IMG/VR virus record: IMGVR_UViG_3300009500_000011
Span: 104,585-168,584 of that record
DNA length: 64,000 nucleotides
Source: a virus
Taxonomy: Duplodnaviria; Heunggongvirae; Uroviricota; Caudoviricetes
Reading direction: 5' to 3' (one strand)
Positions 10,039 through 18,684 of this stretch are shown one piece after another. The notes below the pieces were generated by a model that worked only from the letters and a program-made list of their open reading frames with translations, made no database searches and was not told the origin of the DNA. Numbering within the stretch: position 1 is the stretch's first letter; each line of letters begins with the position of its first letter. The translations under genes and the position numbers were made by a program.

Positions 10039-10110
10039 AATTATACCCTTTATGTATCAATTCTGGTTATATAATAAGAATATGCAATTGATACAAAATG
10101 AGAGTCAAAT

Positions 10111-10644
10111 ATGTTAAGACAATTAGAAGATTTAGATGAATTTTTTAAACTAAAATCTGCCGATGCTGATATTTATGCCGAACATGTTGCTGCCGAACTA
10201 TTTCGGTTTCAAACTGCTGTAAGAGCAGGAATAGAAACTGTTTTAGAAACTGCTAAACCGCACCATAATGGTATGAGTCGGGCTGTTAAAATTTTAGCTT
10301 TATGTTCGAGTATGGAAATTATACAGGCTCTTAGAAGATATTTTGCTAAAAAATCTTCTGAGGAAAGAGATACAAATATCAAAATTTTGATTCGTTCAAT
10401 TTTGGAGAATCATTCTATTGATATTTACTCAAAAATTGATATACTTCAAAATTATATTGGCAATCCAAGATTTGAACAATCTATAGATATTAAACATGAA
10501 ATAATTGATGCTTTATGTATCCTTAAATATCAATTAGATGATATAATTGAAGAAATTAAGCAATTATTGTTTAAATATTACTCAGATAAAGATGTTCGCG
10601 AGATATCTAAAAAAACTGTTGCAAAATTATTTTCATCTGATTAA
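10111..10644 (+). CDS. hypothetical protein
   Basis: Track ORF; divergent from the minus-strand pair. Confidence 0.4.
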   Translation: MLRQLEDLDEFFKLKSADADIYAEHVAAELFRFQTAVRAGIETVLETAKPHHNGMSRAVKILALCSSMEIIQALRRYFAKKSSEERDTNIKILIRSILENHSIDIYSKIDILQNYIGNPRFEQSIDIKHEIIDALCILKYQLDDIIEEIKQLLFKYYSDKDVREISKKTVAKLFSSD

Positions 10645-10647
10645 ATG

Positions 10648-10676
10648 TTGACAATATTTAACTTTTATGGTATTAT
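10648..10676 (+). promoter_or_regulatory. sigma70-type promoter (TTGACA-N17-TATTAT) upstream of the AdoMetDC/ligase/Thg1 block
   Basis: Exact -35 hexamer, 17-nt spacer, 5/6 -10. Confidence 0.5.
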
Positions 10677-10714
10677 AATAATTTGTTCGTCTTCTTAAAG
10701 GATTTTATGTTAAA

Positions 10715-11146
10715 TTGGAAGCTTTTGGAACTCATGTGATTCTTGAATTATCACAATGCGTAAATATACATTCATTTGATTCTAACGAAACGCTTGAAGT
10801 GATGATGTTGGAATCTGTGCAAAAAGGAAATTTAAGTCCTTTGCTAATAAAGACTCATAAATTTGACCCTCAAGGCATTAGCTCTGTAGCTATTTTGCAA
10901 GAAAGTCATTTAAGTTGTCATTTATTTCCTGAGATAGGATATGCTTCAATGGATGTTTATACCTGTGGAGAACAAAATAGAGTGGGTGCATATCTTGCTG
11001 CATCTAATTTTGCTTTTTGTATAGGTGCAAAAGAAATAACTATTTTAGGCTTAAAAAGAGGTATTCCCTTTACTAAAGGTTATACCTATAGAATAGATAC
11101 AGAATCATATAATTTATTTTATGATGATTTCTTAGGGAAAATATAA
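10715..11146 (+). CDS. S-adenosylmethionine decarboxylase proenzyme homologue (pyruvoyl-dependent, SpeH/class 1B)
   Basis: GTHVILELSQC...LQESHLSCHLFPEIGYASMDVYTCGE matches the bacterial AdoMetDC motifs (G.H...E..C ... ESH.S.HT.PE.GYA..D.FTCGE), including the self-cleaving Glu-Ser site. TTG start. Confidence 0.7.
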   Translation: MEAFGTHVILELSQCVNIHSFDSNETLEVMMLESVQKGNLSPLLIKTHKFDPQGISSVAILQESHLSCHLFPEIGYASMDVYTCGEQNRVGAYLAASNFAFCIGAKEITILGLKRGIPFTKGYTYRIDTESYNLFYDDFLGKI

Positions 11147-11659
11147 ATGGATTTTTTAGTTGGCGATATATTAGTTTTAAAACAAGATGCTCTTGACCTT
11201 GAAGATAAAACTGGCAAAACAATTTTATATCCCGCAGGTTCCGAAGCTGAAATTATACAAATAAAAAATGAAAATGAATATCATCTGCAATTTCCAGATG
11301 CCAAAATATGGCCTCATGACTTGGCAACTTTATTGATTTTCTTTAATCGTAAAAAAGATGGTAAAAATGTTTATACTCGCCAGGTTTCAGAGTATGGTAC
11401 GCCACCAAAAGAGCTTGCTTTTTATATACCTAGAGAAGTTGATTGGCGTAAAAACTATAGGTATACTGTCAGAATTGAAGCAGAAGATTGTGGCTTTAAA
11501 AAATTGATTTGTCCTAGTTGTTTCAATGACCTGGGAGAAAATGGCGAACCAGATAATGAAGGTTTGCAAAAATGTCAAAAATGTGGTACAATGGTTCTCC
11601 CGATAGACCCATTAACATTCAAGTATCCACATGATGACGGAAATGAACACACAACTTAA
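11147..11659 (+). CDS. hypothetical protein with C-terminal CxxC...CxxC zinc ribbon
   Basis: CPSCFNDLG...CQKCGT. Confidence 0.35.
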   Translation: MDFLVGDILVLKQDALDLEDKTGKTILYPAGSEAEIIQIKNENEYHLQFPDAKIWPHDLATLLIFFNRKKDGKNVYTRQVSEYGTPPKELAFYIPREVDWRKNYRYTVRIEAEDCGFKKLICPSCFNDLGENGEPDNEGLQKCQKCGTMVLPIDPLTFKYPHDDGNEHTT

Positions 11660-12935
11660 GAGTAATTCTCAAAAATTCTTAGAAGCAGCAAATTGGGCTC
11701 TTGTAAAAGAACGCTTTGGCGAAGATACAGGAGTTAATATTCGTCGCGCTTCTATAGATAATGTGCAAAATATTACGCTTTTCAATGGTTCAAAAGGTTT
11801 ACTTTTTGATGGATATTCGTTTCCTGAACAAGAACATCTTAAAGGCTTGATTGTTCACGAAGTATTAGGAAGCGCACATTCGGTTATAGCGGCATGTTTT
11901 CCTAAATTCTATAACTATGGCGAACCTGCTGAAAAACAAAAGCATCTTGAATACTTAAATGACGATTCTATGAGTGTGTTATTTGCTAAGAAAGAGGATG
12001 GAGTAAATATTCGTCCTTATTTCAATGCTGCAACAAATAGAGTTGAATTTGCTACGCGCGGAACCTTGCTTGTTGTTTCTGATATTGAAGAAACGTCTAA
12101 TCTTGATTATGGCGCAATGGCTCGTTCAATTGCAGAAGAAAAATATCCAATTCTTTTGGATGAGGAATTTGTAAAGAAATACTCTTGTATTTTTGAAATG
12201 ATTCATCCTGATTCCAAAATTCTTACGGATTATGGACAAAGAAAAGACCTTATTCTTCTGTCAGTATTTGATTTAGAAAATAACTGCTATGAATTTTCGC
12301 GTGAATGGGTAGCATCTTGGGCAAATATAATTGGGTTAAATTATGTTGAATATTGGTTTGACCAATATGCGCCTGTTTCTGAATTTTCTTCTTTAGTTGA
12401 AAAACTACTTAAAAAATGGAACGAAACGGATGTAGAAGGTTCTGTTGTTATATTTGTAAACTCTGAAGCAGAACCTGTATATCGTCTTAAAGTTAAAAAT
12501 GCTTATTATTTACAAATGCTTCGACTTGCAAAATTTTGCACTTTGAAGAATTTAGTCTCAATCATGGAAGAAAATAACTTTTCAAATTGGGAACAACTTC
12601 GTGCATATTTGTACGAAAGCCCTTCAATGAATGAAGAATTAGAAATGGCATATAAGGCTCATTTTGATGTATATGAAAATTGGTTAGCAAATCTTGAAAT
12701 CGAAAAACAAAATGTTTTAAAAGAATATCAAGAATTACCTTCTTTCGAATTACAAAAAGATTTTGCTTTATACATCTTAAAAGATGGCGCTTATCCATAC
12801 AATCCGCTATTCTTTGCTATTCGCAAATGGTTAGCAGAAGCCAAAAATCCTAATTTAGAACAATTCTTTGAAGAAAATGTTAAAGCAACAGTAATGTTGA
12901 AGAAAATCTATCCACTATCGGAAGTAGAGGAATAA
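11631..12935 (+). CDS. RNA ligase (T4 Rnl1-like nucleotidyltransferase)
   Basis: Motif I FAKKEDGVN (KxDG), motif IV-like DVEGSVVIF, motif V-like YRLKVK. Confidence 0.55.
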   Translation: MMTEMNTQLKSNSQKFLEAANWALVKERFGEDTGVNIRRASIDNVQNITLFNGSKGLLFDGYSFPEQEHLKGLIVHEVLGSAHSVIAACFPKFYNYGEPAEKQKHLEYLNDDSMSVLFAKKEDGVNIRPYFNAATNRVEFATRGTLLVVSDIEETSNLDYGAMARSIAEEKYPILLDEEFVKKYSCIFEMIHPDSKILTDYGQRKDLILLSVFDLENNCYEFSREWVASWANIIGLNYVEYWFDQYAPVSEFSSLVEKLLKKWNETDVEGSVVIFVNSEAEPVYRLKVKNAYYLQMLRLAKFCTLKNLVSIMEENNFSNWEQLRAYLYESPSMNEELEMAYKAHFDVYENWLANLEIEKQNVLKEYQELPSFELQKDFALYILKDGAYPYNPLFFAIRKWLAEAKNPNLEQFFEENVKATVMLKKIYPLSEVEE

Positions 12936-12936
12936 C

Positions 12937-13443
12937 ATGGGTTTATTTGATTATGTAATTTGTGATTATCCTTTACCTGATTCATATAAAGGGAGTATTA
13001 AGTTTACAACTAAAGACTTAAATTCTTTTATGAATACTTTTACTATTACTGAATCAGGTCAACTTTTAGAACACAAATTTCATTTTGAAGAAGTTCCTGA
13101 AGAAGAACGTCCTAAATTTAATACACCCGAATGGAATTCTGATAACGAAACAATTAAAACTTGGACACGCTTAATGGGTTCAAAGATTCAAGTATTTGAT
13201 GGCTTGGAACCCTACCTTTACACAGGTGCTGTTTGTTTTTACGGTTCAAATTTAGATAGTTGTAATTCGGATGGATATTATACTACAGAAAATGATGAAC
13301 CTTATGAATACAAAGAATACATTGCTTTGTTTAAAAATGGTATGTTAATTAACATTATTGAAAATAATGAAAAAGACAATGAATTTTTTACTCCAGAATG
13401 TTTTTTAACACAAAAACAGTATAAAGAAAAATATAATGAATGA
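12937..13443 (+). CDS. hypothetical protein
   Basis: Track ORF between the ligase and the Thg1-like gene. Confidence 0.4.
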   Translation: MGLFDYVICDYPLPDSYKGSIKFTTKDLNSFMNTFTITESGQLLEHKFHFEEVPEEERPKFNTPEWNSDNETIKTWTRLMGSKIQVFDGLEPYLYTGAVCFYGSNLDSCNSDGYYTTENDEPYEYKEYIALFKNGMLINIIENNEKDNEFFTPECFLTQKQYKEKYNE

Positions 13444-14197
13444 CTCGCTTGGCGACCGAATGAAAACATATTATGAAGATGTGACGCGGCATTACTTGCC
13501 TCGGCGAACTCATACAATTATTCGGTTAGATGGAAAATCTTTTCATACGTATACAAAAAAATTAGCAAGACCATTTGATGCTGGTTTGATTGAAGATATG
13601 CAAAAAACCACAATTCGACTTTGTGAGAATATTCAGGGCGTTGTTCTTGGTTATACGCAATCTGATGAAATATCTCTTGTTTTATGTGATTATAAAGAAA
13701 AAGAAACTGAATCCTTTTTTAAAGGTAATATTCAAAAAATTTGTTCAGTATCTGCAAGTATGGCTACTGCATTCTTCAATGCTTTTAGACAAGCCCGTAA
13801 TTTTGAAGGTGGTCCAGCATTTTTTGATGCTAGAGTATTTACTATTCCAGAAAAGGTAGAAGTTCTTAATTATCTTATTTGGAGACAAAAAGATGCAACA
13901 AGAAATTCTATTCAAATGGCCGCACAATCTGTTTATTCTCATAAAGAACTTAATAAAAAGAAGTGGTCTGATTTAAATGAAATGCTTTTTCAGAAAGGTA
14001 TTAATTTTAATGATTATTCTTCTTCTGAAAAACGTGGTTCTTTAATTGTGAAAGAATATTTTGAAGGGGAAGCCTATGATAAGCGTAAGCAAGAAAATGT
14101 TATAGTTACTCGGTCGCGTTGGATTGTAGAACCTGAAACACCTCTTTTTACTGCTGAAGAAAATAGAGATTTATTTGAAAGGTATTTATATAAATAA
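13436..14197 (+). CDS. Thg1-like protein (tRNA-His guanylyltransferase / 3'-5' polymerase family)
   Basis: N-terminal GDRMKTYYE...HTIIRLDGKSFHTYTKK and SDEISLV match the Thg1/TLP signature. Confidence 0.6.
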   Translation: MNDSLGDRMKTYYEDVTRHYLPRRTHTIIRLDGKSFHTYTKKLARPFDAGLIEDMQKTTIRLCENIQGVVLGYTQSDEISLVLCDYKEKETESFFKGNIQKICSVSASMATAFFNAFRQARNFEGGPAFFDARVFTIPEKVEVLNYLIWRQKDATRNSIQMAAQSVYSHKELNKKKWSDLNEMLFQKGINFNDYSSSEKRGSLIVKEYFEGEAYDKRKQENVIVTRSRWIVEPETPLFTAEENRDLFERYLYK

Positions 14198-14282
14198 ATT
14201 TAGTTATTTTCTGACTTCTTTTCATGTCGAATCGCGTACTCTATTGACATGAAGAAATTTCTCGGAAATTTTCCCTACAAAA

Positions 14283-14322
14283 AAGCCAACCATTTGTAAT
14301 AATAATGGGTGGCTTTTTGTTT
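14283..14322 (+). terminator. intrinsic terminator after the Thg1-like gene
   Basis: AAGCCAACC...GGGTGGCTT + TTTTGTTT. Confidence 0.45.
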
Positions 14323-14349
14323 GAAAAACACTATTTATGATGGAGAGCA

Positions 14350-15051
14350 ATGTATATGCCAAAAAAACAATCTTCTCAAACACCTAGAAGAATTCCAACC
14401 ATAAGAACGGTACAATTTGAAGCCCAAACAATAAATCAAGAGAAGTTTGTAAAAAATATAGAAAGAAATGTTGTTTCATTCGGAATAGGTATACCAGGTT
14501 CAGGAAAAACGTATTTAGCATTAGCAACTGCTCTTAAAGCATTAGTTGAACAAAAATGTGAACGAGTTGTAATAACTAGACCAATGGTTGAAGCAGGTCC
14601 TTCTATCGGATTCCAACCTGGAAATGAAGAAGAAAAACTTGGAGTATATTTAAAACATATTTATGATATGATATATAAATTACTACCAAAAGTTTTGGCA
14701 GATGATTTGCTTGATTCAGGAAAAATATCAATTGGTGCTATTACATTTATGAGAGGAATGAATTTTGAAAACTCATATGTAATAATAGATGAAGCCGAAA
14801 ACTTAGACAAAAAATCATTTTATTTGTTATTAACAAGAATTTGTGAAGGGTCTAAAATGATTTTTTGTGGTGATACTGGCCAGGTTGATTTAAAAAATCC
14901 TAGTGAAAGCGGATTAAATGATGCAGTTTTAAAATTTCAAGGTAAAGAAAATTTTAGTGTAACTGAATTTACTATTGAAGATTGTCGCAGAAGTAAAGTT
15001 GTTATGGAAGTTATTAAAGCATATTTCCCTAACTCAACCAAGACAAAGTAA
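14350..15051 (+). CDS. phoH: PhoH-like ATPase
   Basis: GIGIPGSGKTYLALA Walker A, VIIDEAENL Walker B, typical PhoH length and GDTGQVDL motif. Confidence 0.75.
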   Translation: MYMPKKQSSQTPRRIPTIRTVQFEAQTINQEKFVKNIERNVVSFGIGIPGSGKTYLALATALKALVEQKCERVVITRPMVEAGPSIGFQPGNEEEKLGVYLKHIYDMIYKLLPKVLADDLLDSGKISIGAITFMRGMNFENSYVIIDEAENLDKKSFYLLLTRICEGSKMIFCGDTGQVDLKNPSESGLNDAVLKFQGKENFSVTEFTIEDCRRSKVVMEVIKAYFPNSTKTK

Positions 15052-15102
15052 AACAAATTGCGTACTTAATTATGCAAACTTATTTTATGAGGCTTTTTTA
15101 GT

Positions 15103-16095
15103 ATGTTGTTTTTTGCAAATAAAATTAAAAAAATTGCATCAACCCCTTTATGGGCAAATGTTGTAAATTTAGATGACGGCTCTGGTCCTGTACAAGGGTT
15201 TTGGGTTGATTCAAGTTTGGGTATGCCATTCTTTTTAAGAAAATCCGACCATGTGATTTGGTTGCCTAAAACTTTACGTGGCAAAAAAATTGATTCTTTA
15301 ACACCAGAAGAATTACAAAATGTTCCGAAAGAAGATTCTGGAAAAGTTCATTATAAAAATTGGAAAGCAAATTCAGATAAAAGAAATATTGCCGCAAAAT
15401 TATTTAATGGATATGCTTTTACGGACGCTGGAATTCAATTAGTTCAAGGATTAAAAAAATTAGCAGATAAATATGAATTAGATGATGTTACAAATGTTCG
15501 TCTTGAACGTCGTCTTTCCATCAATCCTGGTCTTTTTGATAGACTTTTACAATGTAATAATCTTCAAGATGTTCAACGTCTTGGGCGTCTTATAGTAAGA
15601 AAATTTGTTTTCATTATTAAAAATATGAGTTTAACTGAACCTAAAATTGCCAAAAGATTAGATGCTGATTTTATGTATCAATACAAAAAAATTGAACCTC
15701 TTTTTGATATTGACCCGCTATCTATAGATGTAGAACTTCCTGAAACATTTGAAGAAAATGAAATTCCAGACCCACGTTTAGACCATGTTAAAGTTTTAAT
15801 GCAAAATTGTGAAGCAGAAATAGAACCAATGATGGATAATGACCTTCAGCTTTCTGCACCTCTCACTTGGCTAAAAGATGCTTCTAAAGTGCTTAAAAAA
15901 GCTCAAGATATTCAATCTGAAAATATAATGGAAGAAGTAAAATTTTATCTTATTTCAATGATTTTTTCTCTTCAAAAATTAGCAAAGGTTGCTCCTGCTG
16001 ACCATCCTCTTGTAGGTAAAGTCGAGCAAATTTTGAATGCTAAAAGTCTAAGTGCCATTTTAATGGCACTTGCAAAGACTGACCCGCAAATGTAA
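15103..16095 (+). CDS. hypothetical protein
   Basis: 330-aa track ORF with a GAGG RBS; no motif recognised. Confidence 0.4.
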   Translation: MLFFANKIKKIASTPLWANVVNLDDGSGPVQGFWVDSSLGMPFFLRKSDHVIWLPKTLRGKKIDSLTPEELQNVPKEDSGKVHYKNWKANSDKRNIAAKLFNGYAFTDAGIQLVQGLKKLADKYELDDVTNVRLERRLSINPGLFDRLLQCNNLQDVQRLGRLIVRKFVFIIKNMSLTEPKIAKRLDADFMYQYKKIEPLFDIDPLSIDVELPETFEENEIPDPRLDHVKVLMQNCEAEIEPMMDNDLQLSAPLTWLKDASKVLKKAQDIQSENIMEEVKFYLISMIFSLQKLAKVAPADHPLVGKVEQILNAKSLSAILMALAKTDPQM

Positions 16096-16302
16096 TATAG
16101 AGTCATGGAAGAAATAATTCGGGGTCGTTCTAATGAAGTTATTGGACGCCTCATCAAATCAAATGGCGAAACTAGTGTGTACGGTGACCGAGGTCAATAT
16201 CTTGGTTATGCTAACCAAAATGGAACTTTCGATGCTTCTGGGCGTCTTGTAAGCAATTCGGAATCTCCTACCCTACTTCTTCGGTAATAGTCGATAAAAT
16301 TG

Positions 16303-16331
16303 TTGACAAATCTATTTTAATAGACTATACT
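16303..16331 (+). promoter_or_regulatory. consensus promoter TTGACA-N17-TATACT (sRNA candidate)
   Basis: Exact -35, 17-nt spacer. Confidence 0.55.
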
Positions 16332-16337
16332 TTCAAT

Positions 16338-16468
16338 AGGACCCGTTGTAGGGACACCCGCCTGGGTATGACAGTCACTTGTCGTTTTGCCGGGCTGACC
16401 AAGAAATAGTGAACATTTTGCGGTCGTATTAAATAACCCCAGCGTGACTTATGTTCGCTGGGTTTTTA
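16338..16468 (+). ncRNA. candidate small RNA (~130 nt) between a consensus promoter and an intrinsic terminator
   Basis: TTGACA(16303)-N17-TATACT(16326-31) then no ORF, GC-rich hairpins, terminator CCCAGCG...CGCTGGG+TTTTT at 16437-16468. Confidence 0.4.
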
Positions 16469-16509
16469 ATTTGTTGGAAAACACTCTCAAAAATTTTTTT
16501 GAACGAATG

Positions 16510-16538
16510 TTGACAAAACTAAAAAAATGGCATATACT
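16510..16538 (+). promoter_or_regulatory. consensus promoter TTGACA-N17-TATACT (small ORF 16653..16775 and the tRNA cluster)
   Basis: Exact -35, 17-nt spacer. Confidence 0.55.
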
Positions 16539-16652
16539 ATAAATGCGAGCGGGCGGTTTAGTATCGCGTGAGTCTCATAAGCTCATCAAACTGGCGCAAA
16601 TCCACGGCTACGCAACCAATTTTTTAAATATTGAGGGAAGGAGATAATCAAA

Positions 16653-16775
16653 ATGTTGAACATTGCTTGTATTAATGAATGCATCAATTATCAAGGTACG
16701 AACGATAATCAGTTCGATACCCAATTTTTTCCGATTATCTCAGACTTCAATTCCGCAAGGGCTGTACCGGCTTAA
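16653..16775 (+). CDS. small protein (40 aa, Cys-containing)
   Basis: ATG 8 nt after AGGAGA, downstream of a consensus promoter and followed by a hairpin terminator. Confidence 0.3.
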   Translation: MLNIACINECINYQGTNDNQFDTQFFPIISDFNSARAVPA

Positions 16776-16804
16776 TAAAACCGAAAAAGCCTAAAAAGAG
16801 TCAA

Positions 16805-16840
16805 GGACTGAGATAGTAAAAATCTCGGTCCTTTTTGTTT
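16805..16840 (+). terminator. intrinsic terminator after the small ORF
   Basis: AGGACTGAGAT...ATCTCGGTCCT + TTTTTGTTT. Confidence 0.5.
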
Positions 16841-16875
16841 AATAGAACTTTGAAAACTGAATAAGATTTATTTTT

Positions 16876-16950
16876 GGCTCTATAGTGTAGTGGTCTGCAT
16901 AAAAGCTTGTCACGCTTTAGGTCGGGGGTCGGAACCCCGTAGAGTCGCCA
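16876..16950 (+). tRNA. tRNA-Asp (anticodon GTC)
   Basis: Acceptor GGCTCTA/TAGAGTC, anticodon stem AAAGC/GCTTT, loop TTGTCAC, G73, CCA encoded; unusual T-loop GTCGGAA. Confidence 0.65.
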
Positions 16951-16951
16951 T

Positions 16952-17027
16952 CCCCTTGTCGCTTAATGGTCTAAAGCAACTTACTGATAATGAGTAGATG
17001 AAAGTTCGATTCTTTCCGAGGGGACCA
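16952..17027 (+). tRNA. tRNA-Ile (anticodon GAT)
   Basis: Acceptor CCCCTTG/CGAGGGG, anticodon loop CTGATAA, T-arm GAAAG-TTCGATT-CTTTC, A73-CCA. Confidence 0.65.
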
Positions 17028-17049
17028 AAATACATATAATTTGGAATAT

Positions 17050-17126
17050 GGCAACATAGCCAAGGGGATAAAGGCGAAGGTCTGCAAAACCTTCATGCGT
17101 TGGTTCGAATCCAACTGTTGCCTCCA
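17050..17126 (+). tRNA. tRNA-Cys (anticodon GCA)
   Basis: Acceptor GGCAACA/TGTTGCC, loop CTGCAAA, T-arm GTTGG-TTCGAAT-CCAAC, U73-CCA. Confidence 0.75.
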
Positions 17127-17137
17127 ATTTAATTTAT

Positions 17138-17224
17138 GGAAGTATCGCATAGCGGCGATTGCATCTGACTGTAAATCAGACGCGCGAAAGCGCCTCGGAG
17201 GTTCGAGTCCTTCTACTTCCACCA
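17138..17224 (+). tRNA. tRNA-Tyr (anticodon GTA), type II
   Basis: Acceptor GGAAGTA/TACTTCC, loop CTGTAAA, long variable arm CGCGCGAAAGCGCCTC, T-arm GGAGG-TTCGAGT-CCTTC, A73-CCA. Confidence 0.75.
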
Positions 17225-17234
17225 TTTTAATAAT

Positions 17235-17308
17235 ATTTTGAGTTGCGCTAGAATAAAGTTACTTCGTCTGTAAAACGAGGAATCCGGGTTCGAGTCCCGG
17301 TCGGAATC
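17235..17308 (+). tRNA. tRNA-like element / possible pseudo-tRNA (anticodon loop CTGTAAA = GTA)
   Basis: Acceptor ATTTTGA/TCGGAAT (with G-U pairs), anticodon stem TTCGT/ACGAG, canonical T-arm CCGGG-TTCGAGT-CCCGG. No convincing D-stem; no CCA. Confidence 0.3.
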
Positions 17309-17399
17309 TAACGATTTCGGTACTTTAATCGGTAAAATCCTAAACACTTTGTTCGCTACCTTCGCTCAAAATATTTTAAAAACTTGTTGCCCATAGTAT

Positions 17400-17474
17400 G
17401 CCGAACTAGTATAATGGCTATTACATCTGTTTCGTAATCAGAGAATCTCAGTTCAATTCTGGGGTTCGGCCCCA
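17400..17474 (+). tRNA. tRNA-Thr (anticodon CGT)
   Basis: Acceptor GCCGAAC/GTTCGGC, loop TTCGTAA, T-arm CTCAG-TTCAATT-CTGGG, CCA encoded. Confidence 0.55.
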
Positions 17475-17485
17475 AAAAAATTTAT

Positions 17486-17562
17486 TCCTCTATAGCACAA
17501 TTGGTAGTTGCATCTGACTGTTAATCAGAGGGTTCCTGGTTCGACCCCAGGTAGAGGAGCCA
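17486..17562 (+). tRNA. tRNA-Asn (anticodon GTT), copy 1
   Basis: Acceptor TCCTCTA/TAGAGGA, stem TCTGA/TCAGA, loop CTGTTAA, G73-CCA. Confidence 0.7.
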
Positions 17563-17567
17563 ATTAT

Positions 17568-17641
17568 TCCTTCTTCGTTCAATGGTAGGACGTCTGGTTG
17601 TTACCCAGATAATCGCGGTTCAAGTCCGTGAGAAGGAGCCA
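17568..17641 (+). tRNA. tRNA-Asn (anticodon GTT), copy 2
   Basis: Acceptor TCCTTCT/AGAAGGA, stem TCTGG/CCAGA, loop TTGTTAC, G73-CCA. Confidence 0.6.
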
Positions 17642-17712
17642 ATTTATTCAGTTCGAAAATTATTATAAATTCAAACTAACTTACATACTATACATTTCAG
17701 AGGTACAAAATA

Positions 17713-18174
17713 ATGAAATGTAGAGTATGTAAAATAGAAAAAGAAATTGAATTATTCCCTTGGGCTAAAGTAGGTGCTAGACGTAGTTCTCGTTGTAAAG
17801 ATTGTCAAAAAATTTTAAGTAAAAAACACTATCAAAATAATAAAAAATATTATCAAGATAAAGAAAAAATTCGCCGCGAAAAATATTATAGTGAAACCAA
17901 TAAATTACTTTATGATTATTTAATTGAGCATCCATGTGTAAAATGTGGCGAATCTGAACCATTATTTTTGGATTTTGACCATTGTACTGGAACAAATGAT
18001 AAAATAGCAAATATTTCAGTTTTAGTTTCAATTAAAGTAAATTTTGATAAAATTCTTAAAGAAATAGAAAAATGTCAAGTATTATGTTTAAAATGCCACA
18101 GAATAAAAACTGCCAAAGAAGGTAATTGGTATAAATATCAAAGATATATAGAAAAACAAAATTTAAAAAATTAA
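17713..18174 (+). CDS. HNH homing endonuclease (family copy 1)
   Basis: CxxC pairs and HNH core FDHCTG...N...CLKCHRIKT; embedded in the tRNA cluster. Confidence 0.6.
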   Translation: MKCRVCKIEKEIELFPWAKVGARRSSRCKDCQKILSKKHYQNNKKYYQDKEKIRREKYYSETNKLLYDYLIEHPCVKCGESEPLFLDFDHCTGTNDKIANISVLVSIKVNFDKILKEIEKCQVLCLKCHRIKTAKEGNWYKYQRYIEKQNLKN

Positions 18175-18270
18175 AATCTTGCAGTTTGGGTATACTGCGT
18201 TCGTCGTCGTGGAGAAAGACTTTCTGATTAAGGATGTTTCCAAGGACAGTAAAACAAAAATACTCGTTAT

Positions 18271-18345
18271 GGCCCAGTCGTCTAGTGGCTAGGATTGCTG
18301 ATTTTCACTCAGTAGAAGGCGGGTCGGAACCGCTCTGGGCTACCA
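18271..18345 (+). tRNA. tRNA-Glu (anticodon TTC)
   Basis: Acceptor GGCCCAG/CTGGGCT, loop TTTTCAC, T-arm with GTCGGAA loop (as in tRNA-Asp), A73-CCA. Confidence 0.65.
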
Positions 18346-18372
18346 AATTTTAGATTAAGAAAAGAGAAGAGA

Positions 18373-18615
18373 ATGCAAAAAATTCAAATTGTTTATACAG
18401 ATAATCCAAGTGAAATAGAAGCAGTTTTTATTGATGGTAAGATAGTTGCTGCTTGGTATTTAAGTGATGCAAGTTGGCGTGGTGAATATTTTAATGGATT
18501 CATGGGAAAACTTGGTATTGAAGTAGATGATTATAGTCGAGCAACTTCGGAACAAATTGAATCTATTAAAGATTGGTTTAATTTAGATGAAGATGAATTA
18601 CTTTATGCCTTATGA
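18373..18615 (+). CDS. hypothetical protein
   Basis: Track ORF; its 3' end overlaps the tRNA-Gln 5' end. Confidence 0.4.
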   Translation: MQKIQIVYTDNPSEIEAVFIDGKIVAAWYLSDASWRGEYFNGFMGKLGIEVDDYSRATSEQIESIKDWFNLDEDELLYAL

Positions 18616-18676
18616 TGTAATGGTAGCATAAGATGCTCTGAACATCTTTGTAATCGTTCGAGTCGATTTAAGGCAG
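18606..18676 (+). tRNA. tRNA-Gln (anticodon CTG)
   Basis: Acceptor TGCCTTA/TAAGGCA, stem AGATG/CATCT, loop CTCTGAA, T-arm AATCG-TTCGAGT-CGATT, G73, no CCA. Confidence 0.6.
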
Positions 18677-18684
18677 CGATTTAA

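Noticed and set aside
16971-17241. Track ORFs 16971..17225(-) and 17041..17241(+)
   Set aside because: They lie entirely over the tRNA-Ile/Cys/Tyr genes; spurious.
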